A stretch of DNA of 64,000 bases from Gammaproteobacteria bacterium. GTDB taxonomy: Bacteria > Pseudomonadota > Gammaproteobacteria > Natronospirales > REEB76. Within the stretch, counting starts at the first letter, position 1. Each line of letters starts with the position of its first letter. The DNA lies in assembly GCA_035465695.1 (NCBI GenBank), contig DATIVR010000057.1:803-64802 (forward strand), written 5' to 3'. The notes beneath the pieces are model-generated. The model searched no databases. It was not told where the DNA came from and saw nothing but the letters and a program-made list of their open reading frames with translations. The position numbers were made by a program, and so were the translations under genes. This document shows positions 1 through 10,107 of this stretch, piece after piece.

Positions 1-2999
1 GCGATGCCGCATTGGGGTGCGTGAAGGATCCGCGGATCTGCCGGCTGCTGCCTTTGTGGCAGGAACTCCTGCGGGAACTGGGCTGGGAACCCTGCTATCT
101 CCTGGCGACGCGCGAGCCCGCCGAGATCATCGCCTCTCTCAAGACCCGCAACGGCTTCCCGCCGGAGAAGTCGGCACTTCTGACCCTACGCTACTTCCTG
201 GACGCAGAAACGGCGAGTCGCGGCGGGGCGCGCGCGGTGGTGGATTACGCGGCCATCCTGAAGGATTGGCGTGCTGCACTGAAACCCGCCTGGCAGAAGA
301 TCGGCCTCGCGTGGCCCGCGGACGAGCGCGCGCTGGAGCAAGGTATGGCAGGGTTCGTGCACCAGGAGCTGCGCCACCACAAGCAACCTGAGTTGCTGCC
401 GGCCGGCCTGCTCGGCAAGCTCACCCAACAGGTGTACGAGAACCTGAAGTCCGGAGCGGAGCCAGGCACGATGCAGCGCCTGCGCCAGGAATTGGATGGA
501 CTCACCTCCGGGTTCGATCACATACTGGCCTCGCTCTACGCCGAACGGCACGCCCGCGATACGGCGCTTGCGGACAAGCAGCGGGAACTGGACGACAAGC
601 AACGTCTGGTGGAAGCGCGCGATCAGGAGATCAAACACATCGCGGAGGAACGCGGCTACCACGCGGGCCTGGCGGTGGCTAGGGCACAGGAACTGGAGTG
701 GCAACGCGGAGAACTCCAGGAATACACGAAGCTGCAGCAGGCCTATGGGGCGCTACGCGGCGAGATGCAGGCTCTCTACCATTCCACTTCCTGGCGCATA
801 ACCAAACCGCTGCGAGGGACGATGGTGCTGCTGCGGGCGATTCTGAAACTGCGTTTTGTGAATGCTGGGATGTTGCGGCTGGTGGCGCGGGACATCTACT
901 ACCGCATCCCTATGCCGTTGCGGGTGCGGACCGCGTTGCGCCGCATGACGGGCCGCGCTCCCAGCGGTAGCGCCGACTACAAGGTGCGTGCCGTGCACGG
1001 CGCCAAGGTGGACCCCGAGGGTCCTGCCGCGGCACTGGCGCTGCCGGCCGGTACGCCTGTGCTCGAGATCGCCTCCTCCGAAGCGCCGCAAGTGTCGGTG
1101 ATCATCCCGGTCTATAACAACGTCGCCCATACCTTGCATTGTCTGAAGTCCATCGCCGACGTCGGTGCCAAGACCGCCTTCGAGGTGGTCGTGGTGGACG
1201 ACTGCTCCAAGGATGAGACCCAGGCGGTGCTGGCCCGCTGCCGGGGCGTACGCGTCGTCAAGAACGCGCAGAACTTGGGTTTCATCGGCGCCTGCAACGC
1301 CGGCGCCGCAGCGGCGAACGGCGATTACGTCTATTTCCTCAACAACGACGTGCAGGTATTGCCGGGCTGGTTGGACGAGCTGCGCGCGACCTTCGATGCG
1401 GTGCCCGCGGCGGGTCTGGTAGGTTCCAAGCTGGTGTACCCGGACGGACGCTTGCAGGAGGCCGGCGGCATCGTCTGGCGCGACGGCTCCGCCTGGAATT
1501 ATGGCCGCTTCGACGATCCGGACAAGCCCGAATACAACTACCTGCGCGACGTGGATTACTGCTCAGGCGCCAGCATCATGTTGCCGCGCGCGCTGTTCGA
1601 CGAACTCGGACGCTTCGACACCCACTACGCGCCCGCCTATTGTGAGGATACGGACCTGGCGTTCCAGGTGAAGAAGCACGGTCGCCGGGTATTGTTCCAG
1701 CCGCTCTCGGCCATCGTGCACTACGAAGGCATCACTTCCGGAACCGATCTGGGTTCAGGGGTGAAGAAGTACCAGGTGGTGAACCAGAAGAAATTCTACG
1801 AGCGCTGGAAGGAGGCGCTGGCCTCGCACCGGCCCAACGGCATGATGCCGCTGCTGGAGAAGGACCGTGGCGTCGGCAAGCGTCTGCTGGTGATCGATGC
1901 CAATACGCCGCGCCCCGACCACGACGCCGGCTCGTTGCTGAAGTTCTACCACCTGAAGCTGCTGCAATCCCTCGGCTACAAGGTCACCTTCGTGCCGGAC
2001 AACCTGCTGCACGACGGCGAATACACCCGCGACCTGCAGCGGCTCGGAGTCGAATGCATCTACGAGCCGCATTGGACCTCGGTGGACACTTTCATCGCGG
2101 CCCGTGGCCGCGAGTTCCAGGTCGCCATGCTGTGCCGGCCTTACGTGGCCATCCGCCACCTGGACCACCTGAAGCGGGCGGCACCGGAAGCGCGCATCGT
2201 CTATGACACCGTCGACCTGCATTATCTGCGTGAGCGGCGCCAGGCCGCGGTGGAGAAGAACCCGCTCATCGCCGAGCGCGCCGAGCGCACGCGTGCCGAC
2301 GAGCTCAAGCTCATACGCGAATCGGATGCCACCATCGTGGTCAGTCCGGTGGAGAAGGAGTTGTTGGCCCAGGATGCACCGCGCGCCAACGTGCATGTGG
2401 TGCAACTCGTCATCCCCGAAGAGCCACAGGGACCCGGGTTCGATGCGCGCCGCGATATCCTCTTCATCGGCGGCTACCAGCACAACCCCAACGTCGAGGC
2501 GGTGCTGTACTTTTGCCGTGAGGTGTTGCCGCTGGTGCGTCAACGAATCCCTGACATCAAGTTCATGGTCATGGGATCGCGGCCGCCGGCGGAGATCGAA
2601 GCCCTGGCCTGCGACCACATCCAGGTGTTGGGTTTCCAGAAGGATCTCGCTCCCCACTTCAATGCCTGCCGCCTGATGGTGGCGCCGCTCCGGTTCGGCG
2701 CCGGCATCAAGGGCAAGCTCGGTACCAGTTTCAGCTTCGGCCTGCCGGTGGTGGCCACCTCCATCGCCGCCGAGGGCATGTACCTCACCGACGGTCGCGA
2801 CGTGCTCATCGGCGACGACCCCCAGGCTTTCGCCGATGCTGTGGTGCGCGCCTATACGGACCCCGAACTGTGGCAGCGCCTGTCCGAGGGGGGCAGACGC
2901 ATAGTCCAGGAACGTTTCTCGCCGGACGTGATCCGCCAGGGCCTGGCGCAGGTGATCGCATCGATGGATGAGCGCGCGCTGGCGAAGGCGGCAGGCTGA
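1..2999 (+). CDS. Multidomain polysaccharide (O-antigen-type) glycosyltransferase, 5' partial: N-terminal module + coiled coil + GT2 domain + GT1/GT4-like domain
   Basis: ORF 12..2999 stays open in frame back to the window edge (no stop from nt 3). There is a long charged heptad-like stretch ([22 protein letters not shown]...[17 protein letters not shown]) ending in [13 protein letters not shown]2 signature: [10 protein letters not shown]...[12 protein letters not shown]...YCSGASIML...CEDTDLAF. C-terminal GT1-type Rossmann region: [12 protein letters not shown]...[22 protein letters not shown]. Confidence 0.8.
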   Translation, partial: DAALGCVKDPRICRLLPLWQELLRELGWEPCYLLATREPAEIIASLKTRNGFPPEKSALLTLRYFLDAETASRGGARAVVDYAAILKDWRAALKPAWQKIGLAWPADERALEQGMAGFVHQELRHHKQPELLPAGLLGKLTQQVYENLKSGAEPGTMQRLRQELDGLTSGFDHILASLYAERHARDTALADKQRELDDKQRLVEARDQEIKHIAEERGYHAGLAVARAQELEWQRGELQEYTKLQQAYGALRGEMQALYHSTSWRITKPLRGTMVLLRAILKLRFVNAGMLRLVARDIYYRIPMPLRVRTALRRMTGRAPSGSADYKVRAVHGAKVDPEGPAAALALPAGTPVLEIASSEAPQVSVIIPVYNNVAHTLHCLKSIADVGAKTAFEVVVVDDCSKDETQAVLARCRGVRVVKNAQNLGFIGACNAGAAAANGDYVYFLNNDVQVLPGWLDELRATFDAVPAAGLVGSKLVYPDGRLQEAGGIVWRDGSAWNYGRFDDPDKPEYNYLRDVDYCSGASIMLPRALFDELGRFDTHYAPAYCEDTDLAFQVKKHGRRVLFQPLSAIVHYEGITSGTDLGSGVKKYQVVNQKKFYERWKEALASHRPNGMMPLLEKDRGVGKRLLVIDANTPRPDHDAGSLLKFYHLKLLQSLGYKVTFVPDNLLHDGEYTRDLQRLGVECIYEPHWTSVDTFIAARGREFQVAMLCRPYVAIRHLDHLKRAAPEARIVYDTVDLHYLRERRQAAVEKNPLIAERAERTRADELKLIRESDATIVVSPVEKELLAQDAPRANVHVVQLVIPEEPQGPGFDARRDILFIGGYQHNPNVEAVLYFCREVLPLVRQRIPDIKFMVMGSRPPAEIEALACDHIQVLGFQKDLAPHFNACRLMVAPLRFGAGIKGKLGTSFSFGLPVVATSIAAEGMYLTDGRDVLIGDDPQAFADAVVRAYTDPELWQRLSEGGRRIVQERFSPDVIRQGLAQVIASMDERALAKAAG

Positions 3000-3004
3000 G
3001 CATC

Positions 3005-4870
3005 ATGGATACACCCAAACCACCCAATAAACCGACCCCGAACCTGCATACTCGTTGGTCAGCCGCGGGGATCCACCTCAAGGATTCGAACGGCCCCTAT
3101 GCGGCGCAACGACTGCGTCAGCCGCGGTTCTTCGCTGCGGTGCAGCCGGAGTTCCGTATCGCCCGCGGCGATAAGCTGTTCGCCATCGGCTCATGTTTCG
3201 CTCGCGGGATCGAGAGTGCACTGAAGAACCGCGGGTTCCAGGTGGAAAGCGCCGCCAAGGATTTCGACCGCTTCAACACGGTGGCGGGACAGAAAGTCAC
3301 TGCGCTCGGGTTCACCAACAAGTACACCACTTACTCGATCTTCAATGAGCTAAGTTGGGCGCTGGATCCTGACGCCAAGTTCCCTGAAGCCAGTCTGGTG
3401 GACCTGGACGAGAAGCGCACTATCGACCCGCATATCAACCCGACGCTGCAAGTGGTGGATCGAGCGGGCACCTTGGAGCGCCGCCGCATCATCCAGGACG
3501 TGAACTCGCGCCTGAAGGGCTGTCGGGTGTTGTTCATGACGCTCGGCCTCGTCGAAGTGTGGTACGACCGGCATGCCGAGGTGCATCTCAACACGACGCC
3601 GATCCGTGAGATGCGCGAACTGGATCCGAAACGCTACGAGTTCATGGTCTCCAACTACATCCAGAACATGGAGAACCTGGAGAATCTGTACGCGCTGCTC
3701 AAGCGCTTCGGGCACCCCGAGTTGCAGATAGTGGTGACCACCTCGCCGGTGCCGCTTAACGCCACCTTCACCGGCCAGGATATCGTGGTGGCGAACACCT
3801 ATTCCAAGTCCACGCTGCGGGCAGTCGCCCAGGACTTCGCTTCTGCGCATGCCAACGTGCAGTATTTCCCCAGCTATGAGATCGTCATGAACTCGCAGCG
3901 CGAGCTGGCTTGGGAAGATGACTTGCGCCATGTGCGGGGCGCAATGACCCAGCACGTGATGGACCAGTTCATGCGCGGCTTCGTCGATGGCAAGGAGACC
4001 AAGGAATCCGTCACCGCGGTGACGGTCAATTACAACGGCGGTCCGGTGCTGAGAGGTCTGATCGACTCCCTGGAAGGCCAGCCGGAGTTGGCGCGAGTGG
4101 TGGTGGTCGATAACGCCTCACGTGACGACAGCCTGTCCGGTATCGATCAGGACAAGGACGGCCGACTGGCGCTGATCCGCAACGAGTCCAATCGCGGCTT
4201 CGCCGCCGCCTGTAACCAGGGCGCGGCTCATGCCGAAGGCCGGTATCTGCTGTTCGTGAACCCGGATTGCCGTGTCCCCCAAGGCGCATTGCGCCGCATG
4301 GTGGACCTGCTGGATGAGCGCCAAGACGTGGGGATGGTGGGCCCCCTGGTGCTCAACAGCGATGGCAGCGAGCAGCGCGGGTGTCGACGCCACCTGCCGG
4401 ATCCGAAGAGCGCATTCATGCGCGTGTTGGGGCGCGACAAGCCGGATAAGGAGGGGAAGGTGGCTGGCTTCGATCTCACCGGCACCCCGCTGCCGGACCG
4501 GCCAGCGGTGGTGGAGGCCGTGTCGGGCGCCTGCCTGCTGATACGGCGTGAGTTGTTTGACGGTCTACGCGGCTGGGACGAGGGTTACTTCCTGCACTGC
4601 GAGGACCTGGACCTGTGCATGCGCGTGAAGCGCGCCGGCTACAAGGTGCTGTTCGTGCCGGACATCGCCGTGACCCATGCTCAGGGCGCCTCCAGCAAGC
4701 GGCGGCCGGCGTTCGTGCATTGGCACAAGCACCTGGGGATGCTGCGTTACTATCTGAAGTTCCACGCGCGTACATCGCCCCTCTGGCTGTCGGCGCTCGT
4801 CATACCGGCGATCGCCGGGCGCTTTCTGCTGCTCTTGCCTGGAGCGTGGCTCTCGCGCTGGCGCGGCTGA
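3005..4870 (+). CDS. GSCFA-domain / family-2 glycosyltransferase fusion protein with C-terminal TM segment
   Basis: The N-terminal half carries the eponymous motif (FAIGSCFARGIESAL). The C-terminal half is rhamnosyltransferase-like GT2 (VTVNYNGGPVL...VVVVDNASRDDS...NRGFAAACNQG...FLHCEDLDLCMR). Hydrophobic tail LWLSALVIPAIAGRFLLLLPGAWL. Confidence 0.8.
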   Translation: MDTPKPPNKPTPNLHTRWSAAGIHLKDSNGPYAAQRLRQPRFFAAVQPEFRIARGDKLFAIGSCFARGIESALKNRGFQVESAAKDFDRFNTVAGQKVTALGFTNKYTTYSIFNELSWALDPDAKFPEASLVDLDEKRTIDPHINPTLQVVDRAGTLERRRIIQDVNSRLKGCRVLFMTLGLVEVWYDRHAEVHLNTTPIREMRELDPKRYEFMVSNYIQNMENLENLYALLKRFGHPELQIVVTTSPVPLNATFTGQDIVVANTYSKSTLRAVAQDFASAHANVQYFPSYEIVMNSQRELAWEDDLRHVRGAMTQHVMDQFMRGFVDGKETKESVTAVTVNYNGGPVLRGLIDSLEGQPELARVVVVDNASRDDSLSGIDQDKDGRLALIRNESNRGFAAACNQGAAHAEGRYLLFVNPDCRVPQGALRRMVDLLDERQDVGMVGPLVLNSDGSEQRGCRRHLPDPKSAFMRVLGRDKPDKEGKVAGFDLTGTPLPDRPAVVEAVSGACLLIRRELFDGLRGWDEGYFLHCEDLDLCMRVKRAGYKVLFVPDIAVTHAQGASSKRRPAFVHWHKHLGMLRYYLKFHARTSPLWLSALVIPAIAGRFLLLLPGAWLSRWRG

Positions 4871-4874
4871 GCCC

Positions 4875-5705
4875 GTGATGCATGTCCTGATCACCGGCGG
4901 TAGCAGCGTGGTCGGGGATCATCTGCTGCCACGCTTGTCGGCGGCCGGTCATGAGGTGACGGTGCTAAGCCGACGGCCTGCTGCGAGTCCGCAGTGGCGG
5001 CGATTGGACGTGGCGCGCGAACCGGTGTGGCCGGTCGTTCCCGAGGGGATATCGCACCTTGTCCATCTGGCGCCGTTGCCCTTGCTGGCCAGCGTATTGC
5101 GCGGCGCGCCGCGCTCGCTGCGCCGGGTGGTGGCGATAGGCACCACCAGCGTATTCACCAAGTCCGAGTCGCCTTCCGCCAAGGATCGCCGCCTGGTGCA
5201 GGATCAGCGCCGCGCGGAAGAAGGTCTCATCGCCTTCTGCGCAGAGCGGGGCATCGGCTATGCGCTGTTCCGCCCCACGCTGGTCTATGACGGCCGCCGG
5301 GACAAGAACGTGGCGCGCATCGCTGCGCTCATCCGCCGGCTGCATTTCTTTCCGGTTGCGGCGCCGGCGGCAGGCCTGCGTCAGCCCCTGCATGCCGACG
5401 ATCTGGCCGCGGCCTGCGTGGCTGCATTGGTTCTTCGCACCTCCGGCAGCTACGAGCTGGCCGGCGGGGAACGGCTCACTTACCGCGCCATGGTGGAGCG
5501 CATCTTCGTGGCCCAGGGACAGAAGCCCCATGTGCTTCCTCTGCCGGTAGCGCTGTACCGCTCCGCGATACGACTGGCGAAGGTGTTGCCTCGCTTCCGG
5601 GAAGTCACCCCGGAAGTAGCCGACCGCATGAATCAGGACATGGTCTTCGACTACTCCGCTGCGACACGGGACCTGGGCTTTCGGCCTCGCGAGTTCGCGC
5701 CATGA
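4875..5705 (+). CDS. NAD(P)-dependent epimerase/dehydratase-family (SDR) protein
   Basis: N-terminal Rossmann motif HVLITGGSSVVGDHLLPRL. Position just upstream of the wbpL-like and wbpM-like genes mirrors the Pseudomonas wbpK/V-wbpL-wbpM order. Confidence 0.7.
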   Translation: MMHVLITGGSSVVGDHLLPRLSAAGHEVTVLSRRPAASPQWRRLDVAREPVWPVVPEGISHLVHLAPLPLLASVLRGAPRSLRRVVAIGTTSVFTKSESPSAKDRRLVQDQRRAEEGLIAFCAERGIGYALFRPTLVYDGRRDKNVARIAALIRRLHFFPVAAPAAGLRQPLHADDLAAACVAALVLRTSGSYELAGGERLTYRAMVERIFVAQGQKPHVLPLPVALYRSAIRLAKVLPRFREVTPEVADRMNQDMVFDYSAATRDLGFRPREFAP

Positions 5706-6736
5706 CCATACTGGCGATGATCATGGCATTCCTGGTGAGTACGACCTTGAGCGGTGCCTTGAGCCGTTATCGGGGACGGTTCGCGCTTCTGGACAAACCC
5801 AACGAACGTTCGTTGCATAGCAAGGTCACGCCGCGGGCCGGAGGTCTGGCCATCATGGCGGGGCTCACCGCAGGAATGTGCCTGACCTGGCAGCTGTGGT
5901 GGTTTGAGGACATGGGTCTGGCAGCGGCCGGTCTCGGGTTGGTGGCTGCCGTGTCTTTTGCCGACGACGTGCGCGCACTGCCGGTGTGGACACGTCTCCC
6001 GGTGCATTTCGCTGCGGCCATCATGCTGGTGTGTTTCGCCGGTTTCGACCCGCCGCTGCGCCTACTGCCGGGACTGGAGTGGAGCGGGCCGCTGTGGCTG
6101 CTGCAGGCGTTCTGCATATTGCTCGCCGTATGGTCGGTGAATCTCTACAACTTCATGGATGGCATGGACGGTTTCGCCGGCGGCATGGCCGTTTTCGGTT
6201 TCGGCACGCTGGCCCTGCTGGGCTACCTGGCCGGGTCCCCGGCATATGCCGCGATGGCCGTCGTGGTGGCCGCGGCGGCCGCGGGATTCCTGCCATTCAA
6301 TTTTCCACCGGCCAGCCTGTTCATGGGCGATGTGGGAGCCAGTTCGCTGGGTTTCCTGGCAGCCTTCTTCATACTCCTGGGGGAGCGGCTGCGGTTGTTT
6401 CCGCTATGGATCGGACTATTGGTCTTCTCACCTTTCATAGTAGATGCCACTTGGACCCTGGTACGCCGGGCCCTGAAAGGCCGCATACCCTGGAAGGCGC
6501 ACCGCGAGCATTTCTACCAGCGGTTGGTTCAGTCGGGGTGGGGGCACAGACGCACGACGCTTTCTTCGTATTTAGTTATGTTAAACTGTAGCCTGTGTGC
6601 GGTGCTGGCAGCCAGCACCGACACGCGAGGAGTTCAGGGACTCCTTTTGGGGTGGATCACAGCGGTGTATCTGGCGATCGTCGCGTACGTCAACGCGCGC
6701 GAGCGCCGTCCGCTATCGAAAGTAGAGGAAAGCTGA
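5702..6736 (+). CDS. wbpL: Undecaprenyl-phosphate N-acetylhexosamine-1-phosphate transferase (GT4, MraY/WecA family), initiating glycosyltransferase
   Basis: Polytopic membrane protein with DKPNERSLHSKVTPRAGG and NLYNFMDGMDG motifs. Start overlaps the upstream stop (ATGA). Confidence 0.85.
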   Translation: MTILAMIMAFLVSTTLSGALSRYRGRFALLDKPNERSLHSKVTPRAGGLAIMAGLTAGMCLTWQLWWFEDMGLAAAGLGLVAAVSFADDVRALPVWTRLPVHFAAAIMLVCFAGFDPPLRLLPGLEWSGPLWLLQAFCILLAVWSVNLYNFMDGMDGFAGGMAVFGFGTLALLGYLAGSPAYAAMAVVVAAAAAGFLPFNFPPASLFMGDVGASSLGFLAAFFILLGERLRLFPLWIGLLVFSPFIVDATWTLVRRALKGRIPWKAHREHFYQRLVQSGWGHRRTTLSSYLVMLNCSLCAVLAASTDTRGVQGLLLGWITAVYLAIVAYVNARERRPLSKVEES

Positions 6737-6740
6737 AGAC

Positions 6741-8618
6741 ATGGATGCAAAGCGCGACGGATGGCTGGTGATACGCAGCCGGTGGACCGTGTTCCTCCAC
6801 GATCTGCTGTGGATCCCCTTGGCGGTGCTACTCGCCTACTGGATCCGCTTCAACCTCACGCCCATCCCACACTTGTATTTTTCCGGCATGTTGCTGGTGA
6901 TGGCGCTGGCATTGCCGGCCCATGCGGTGACCCTGTGGCTGTTCGGCTGCTATCGCGGTATCTGGCGCTACGCATCCATCCCCGACCTGATGCGCATCGT
7001 GAAGTCGGTGGCGCTCGGCGCACTCGCCACCTTCCTCAGTGCATTCCTGTTCGAGCGCCTGCAGGGCGTACCGCGCTCGGTGCTCATGCTGTATCCGATC
7101 CTTCTGGCGCTGGGCCTGGGCTCGAGCCGCATGCTCTATCGCGTCTTCAAGGACCGCGTGATGGGCTTCGGCCGCGAGACTTCAGCGCGCGCCTTGATCG
7201 TGGGCGCCGGCCGCGCCGGTGAGCTGCTGATCCGTGACCTCCGCCACCACGGCCCATTCCTGCCGGTCGGCCTGGTCGACGACGCGAACGACAAGCAAGG
7301 CCATGAAGTGCAGGGTGTGCGCGTGCGTGGCCGCCTCGATGACGTAGCCCGGCTGGTGCGAGCCTACGATGTAGACATCGTGCTCATCGCGATGCCCTCT
7401 GCGTCCCGCGAGACCATGGACCGGGTATTGAAGGTGTGCAATGAGGCGCAGGTGCCTTGCCGTACTCTGCCGTCGCTCACCGAACTGGCCGACGGGCGTG
7501 TGGAAGTCTCGCGCTTGCGGCCCGTGACGGTGGAAGACCTCTTGGGCCGTGATCCGGTCGTGCTGGACAGCAAGATCATCTCCGAATTCCTGCGTGGCAA
7601 GCGCGTGGTGGTCACCGGCGGCGGCGGATCCATCGGCGCCGAACTGTGTCGCCAGATCGCGCAGCAAGATCCGGCCATGCTGGTGATCGTGGACAACAGC
7701 GAATACAACCTCTATCGCATCGACCAGGAGCTGGCGGCCACTTCGCCCAGCCTCATGTTCACCAGTGCGCTCGGTAACGTGCAGGACGAAGATGCCATCG
7801 AAGCGCTTTTTGCACAGGTGAAACCCGAGATCATCTTCCACGCTGCAGCCTATAAGCATGTACCGATCGTCGAGGAGAACGTGGCCGAGGGCGTGCGCAA
7901 CAACATCTTTGGCACCCGCGTGGTGGCCGACGCCGCGCTGCGTCATGGCGCCCACAAGTTCGTGTTGATCTCCACCGACAAGACCGTGAATCCCACCAAC
8001 GTGATGGGCACCACCAAGCGTGTGGCGGAGTTGTATTGCCAGGCCTTGAACCGTGAGGAGAGCACTCACTTCGTCACCACCCGCTTCGGCAACGTGCTGG
8101 CCTCCAACGGCTCGGTGGTGCCGCTGTTCGAGCGGCAGATAGCCGCCGGCGGTCCGGTGACGGTTACCGACCCGGACATCACCCGTTATTTCATGACCAT
8201 CCATGAGGCAGCGAGCCTGATCATGCAGGCCGGCGCCATCGGCCGGGGCGGCGAGATCTTTGTGCTCGACATGGGCGAGCCGGTGCGCATCCGCGACCTG
8301 GCGGAGAAGATGATCCAACTCTCGGGCCTGAAGCCCCATCAGGACATCCAGATCGTCTACACCGGCCTCAGGCCCGGCGAGAAGATGCATGAAGAGCTCT
8401 TCTACACCAAGGAAGAGTTGCAGGGCACCACCCACCCGAAGCTGCTCCTGGCCAACGCGGTGCCGGCCTCGCTGGGATCCCTGAAGACCGAGATCGACCG
8501 GTTGCGGAACGTGGTGGCGGACCCGGAACAGGCCAAGGCCCAGCTTCGCGCCTTGGTGCCGGAGTTCACCCCACAGGAACAGATCCCTGGCCGCGTGGCC
8601 CTGCGCCTGGTCAAGTGA
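6741..8618 (+). CDS. wbpM: Membrane-anchored nucleotide-sugar 4,6-dehydratase/epimerase (CapD/WbpM/PglF family)
   Basis: Four N-terminal TM helices followed by two Rossmann regions (ALIVGAGRAGELL; VVVTGGGGSIGAEL) and AAAYKHVP. About 625 aa, typical of the family. Confidence 0.9.
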   Translation: MDAKRDGWLVIRSRWTVFLHDLLWIPLAVLLAYWIRFNLTPIPHLYFSGMLLVMALALPAHAVTLWLFGCYRGIWRYASIPDLMRIVKSVALGALATFLSAFLFERLQGVPRSVLMLYPILLALGLGSSRMLYRVFKDRVMGFGRETSARALIVGAGRAGELLIRDLRHHGPFLPVGLVDDANDKQGHEVQGVRVRGRLDDVARLVRAYDVDIVLIAMPSASRETMDRVLKVCNEAQVPCRTLPSLTELADGRVEVSRLRPVTVEDLLGRDPVVLDSKIISEFLRGKRVVVTGGGGSIGAELCRQIAQQDPAMLVIVDNSEYNLYRIDQELAATSPSLMFTSALGNVQDEDAIEALFAQVKPEIIFHAAAYKHVPIVEENVAEGVRNNIFGTRVVADAALRHGAHKFVLISTDKTVNPTNVMGTTKRVAELYCQALNREESTHFVTTRFGNVLASNGSVVPLFERQIAAGGPVTVTDPDITRYFMTIHEAASLIMQAGAIGRGGEIFVLDMGEPVRIRDLAEKMIQLSGLKPHQDIQIVYTGLRPGEKMHEELFYTKEELQGTTHPKLLLANAVPASLGSLKTEIDRLRNVVADPEQAKAQLRALVPEFTPQEQIPGRVALRLVK

Positions 8619-8640
8619 GGGGCTGGCCAGGTGCCCGGTT

Positions 8641-8646
8641 TATAAT
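8641..8646 (+). promoter_or_regulatory. Possible -10 hexamer (TATAAT) upstream of manB
   Basis: Perfect TATAAT in the 85-nt wbpM-manB spacer. No convincing -35 at 17 nt (AGGGGC). Confidence 0.25.
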
Positions 8647-8703
8647 CCTCGTCTCCTGACACCCCAACCGCGGCGCAGCGCCCTGCTGCCGCTTCCTGCA
8701 CAT

Positions 8704-10107
8704 ATGATCGGTACCGACCTTCAGACGCGTTTAGCCTCCGCCTTCAAGGCCTACGACATCCGCGGCCGTGTGCCCCAGGACCTGGACGCGGATATCGCCT
8801 ACGCGGTCGGACGTGCCTTCGTGGAACTCACCCGGCCTCGCCAGGTGGCGGTCGGGCAGGACGTGCGCCTCTCCAGCCCGGAGCTCGCCGCGGCCGTGGC
8901 ACGCGGCATCCTCGATGCAGGTGCCGACGTGCTGGACATCGGGCTGTGCGGCACCGAGCAGGTCTATCACGCCACGTTCAGCCGCAACCTCGGCGGCGGC
9001 ATCATGGTCACCGCCAGCCACAATCCTATGGGTTATAACGGGATGAAGCTGGTCCGCGAGGACGCCAAGCCCGTGAGCGGCGACAGCGGCCTGGATGAGA
9101 TCCGTGCACGGGTGGCTTCGCAGCCCAAATGGCGCGCTCCGGCCCGACGCGGCAAGCTCGTGCAGATGGACTTGAAACGTGAATACGTGCGGCATCTGCT
9201 GACTTATATAAAAGTCTCTTCCCTCAAGCCGCTTACCATCGTCACCAACGCCGGCAATGGTTGTGCGGGGCCGATAGTGGATGCCCTGGAATCCGAGTTA
9301 CCCTTCAAGTTCATCAAACTGCAACAGGAGCCGGATGGCCGTTTCCCCAACGGCATACCCAATCCGCTGCTGCCCGAGAATCGCGCCGTCACGGCGGAAG
9401 CGGTGCGCCGGCACCAGGCGGACCTGGGGATAGCCTGGGATGGGGATTTCGACCGTTGCTTCTTCTTCGACGGTGATGGCGGTTTCGTGGAGGGTTATTA
9501 CCTGGTGGGCCTCCTGGCGCGCACCTTGCTGGCGGACAATCCCGGCGCGAAGATCGTGCATGACCCGCGCCTCACCTGGAGCACCATCCAGACCGTGAAG
9601 GCCGCCGGTGGCCGGCCGATCCTCAGCAAGACCGGTCACGCCTTCATCAAGGAGCGGATGCGCCGCGAGGACGCGCTCTACGGCGGCGAGATGAGCGCAC
9701 ATCATTACTTCCGCGAGTTCCGCTATTGCGACAGCGGCATGATCCCGTGGCTGCTGGTGGCGCAGCTCATCAGCGTCACAGGCCAGAGCCTGAAGCAACT
9801 GGTGGCGGCGCAGCAGGCCGCCTACCCGGTGAGCGGAGAGATCAACCGGGTGGTGGCGGATCCCGACAAGGTCATCTCGGCCGTGGAAGCCAAATACCTG
9901 CCGGCCGCCACCCACATGGATCAGGTGGACGGCTTGAGCCTGGAATACCCGGACTGGCGCTTCAACCTGCGCAAGTCCAACACCGAGCCGATCCTCCGGC
10001 TCAACGTGGAGGCGCGCGGTGATGCCGGATTGATGCAGTCGCGCACCGACGAATTGCTGCGGCTGATCGACGAGGTCGGCGTTCCGGCCCGGGCGGCCCA
10101 CGCATGA
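8704..10107 (+). CDS. manB: Phosphomannomutase
   Basis: Near-colinear with E. coli ManB/CpsG as I recall it: FKAYDIRG, TASHNPMGYNGMKLVRE, GIAWDGDFDRCFFFD, GGEMSAHHYFREF, RFNLRKSNTEPILRLNVE. Confidence 0.93.
   Translation: MIGTDLQTRLASAFKAYDIRGRVPQDLDADIAYAVGRAFVELTRPRQVAVGQDVRLSSPELAAAVARGILDAGADVLDIGLCGTEQVYHATFSRNLGGGIMVTASHNPMGYNGMKLVREDAKPVSGDSGLDEIRARVASQPKWRAPARRGKLVQMDLKREYVRHLLTYIKVSSLKPLTIVTNAGNGCAGPIVDALESELPFKFIKLQQEPDGRFPNGIPNPLLPENRAVTAEAVRRHQADLGIAWDGDFDRCFFFDGDGGFVEGYYLVGLLARTLLADNPGAKIVHDPRLTWSTIQTVKAAGGRPILSKTGHAFIKERMRREDALYGGEMSAHHYFREFRYCDSGMIPWLLVAQLISVTGQSLKQLVAAQQAAYPVSGEINRVVADPDKVISAVEAKYLPAATHMDQVDGLSLEYPDWRFNLRKSNTEPILRLNVEARGDAGLMQSRTDELLRLIDEVGVPARAAHA

Noticed and set aside
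7182-8435. 417-aa minus-strand ORF antisense to the wbpM-like gene. Similar long antisense ORFs occur at 1755-2657, 10245-11543, 11816-12793, 12844-13824, 14315-15376, 14683-15747 and 21976-23328.
   Set aside because: Each lies fully inside a well-supported gene on the other strand. Their translations are Arg/Gly/His/Ala-rich low-complexity strings with no recognisable motifs. This is the shadow-frame behaviour expected of ~65% GC DNA.
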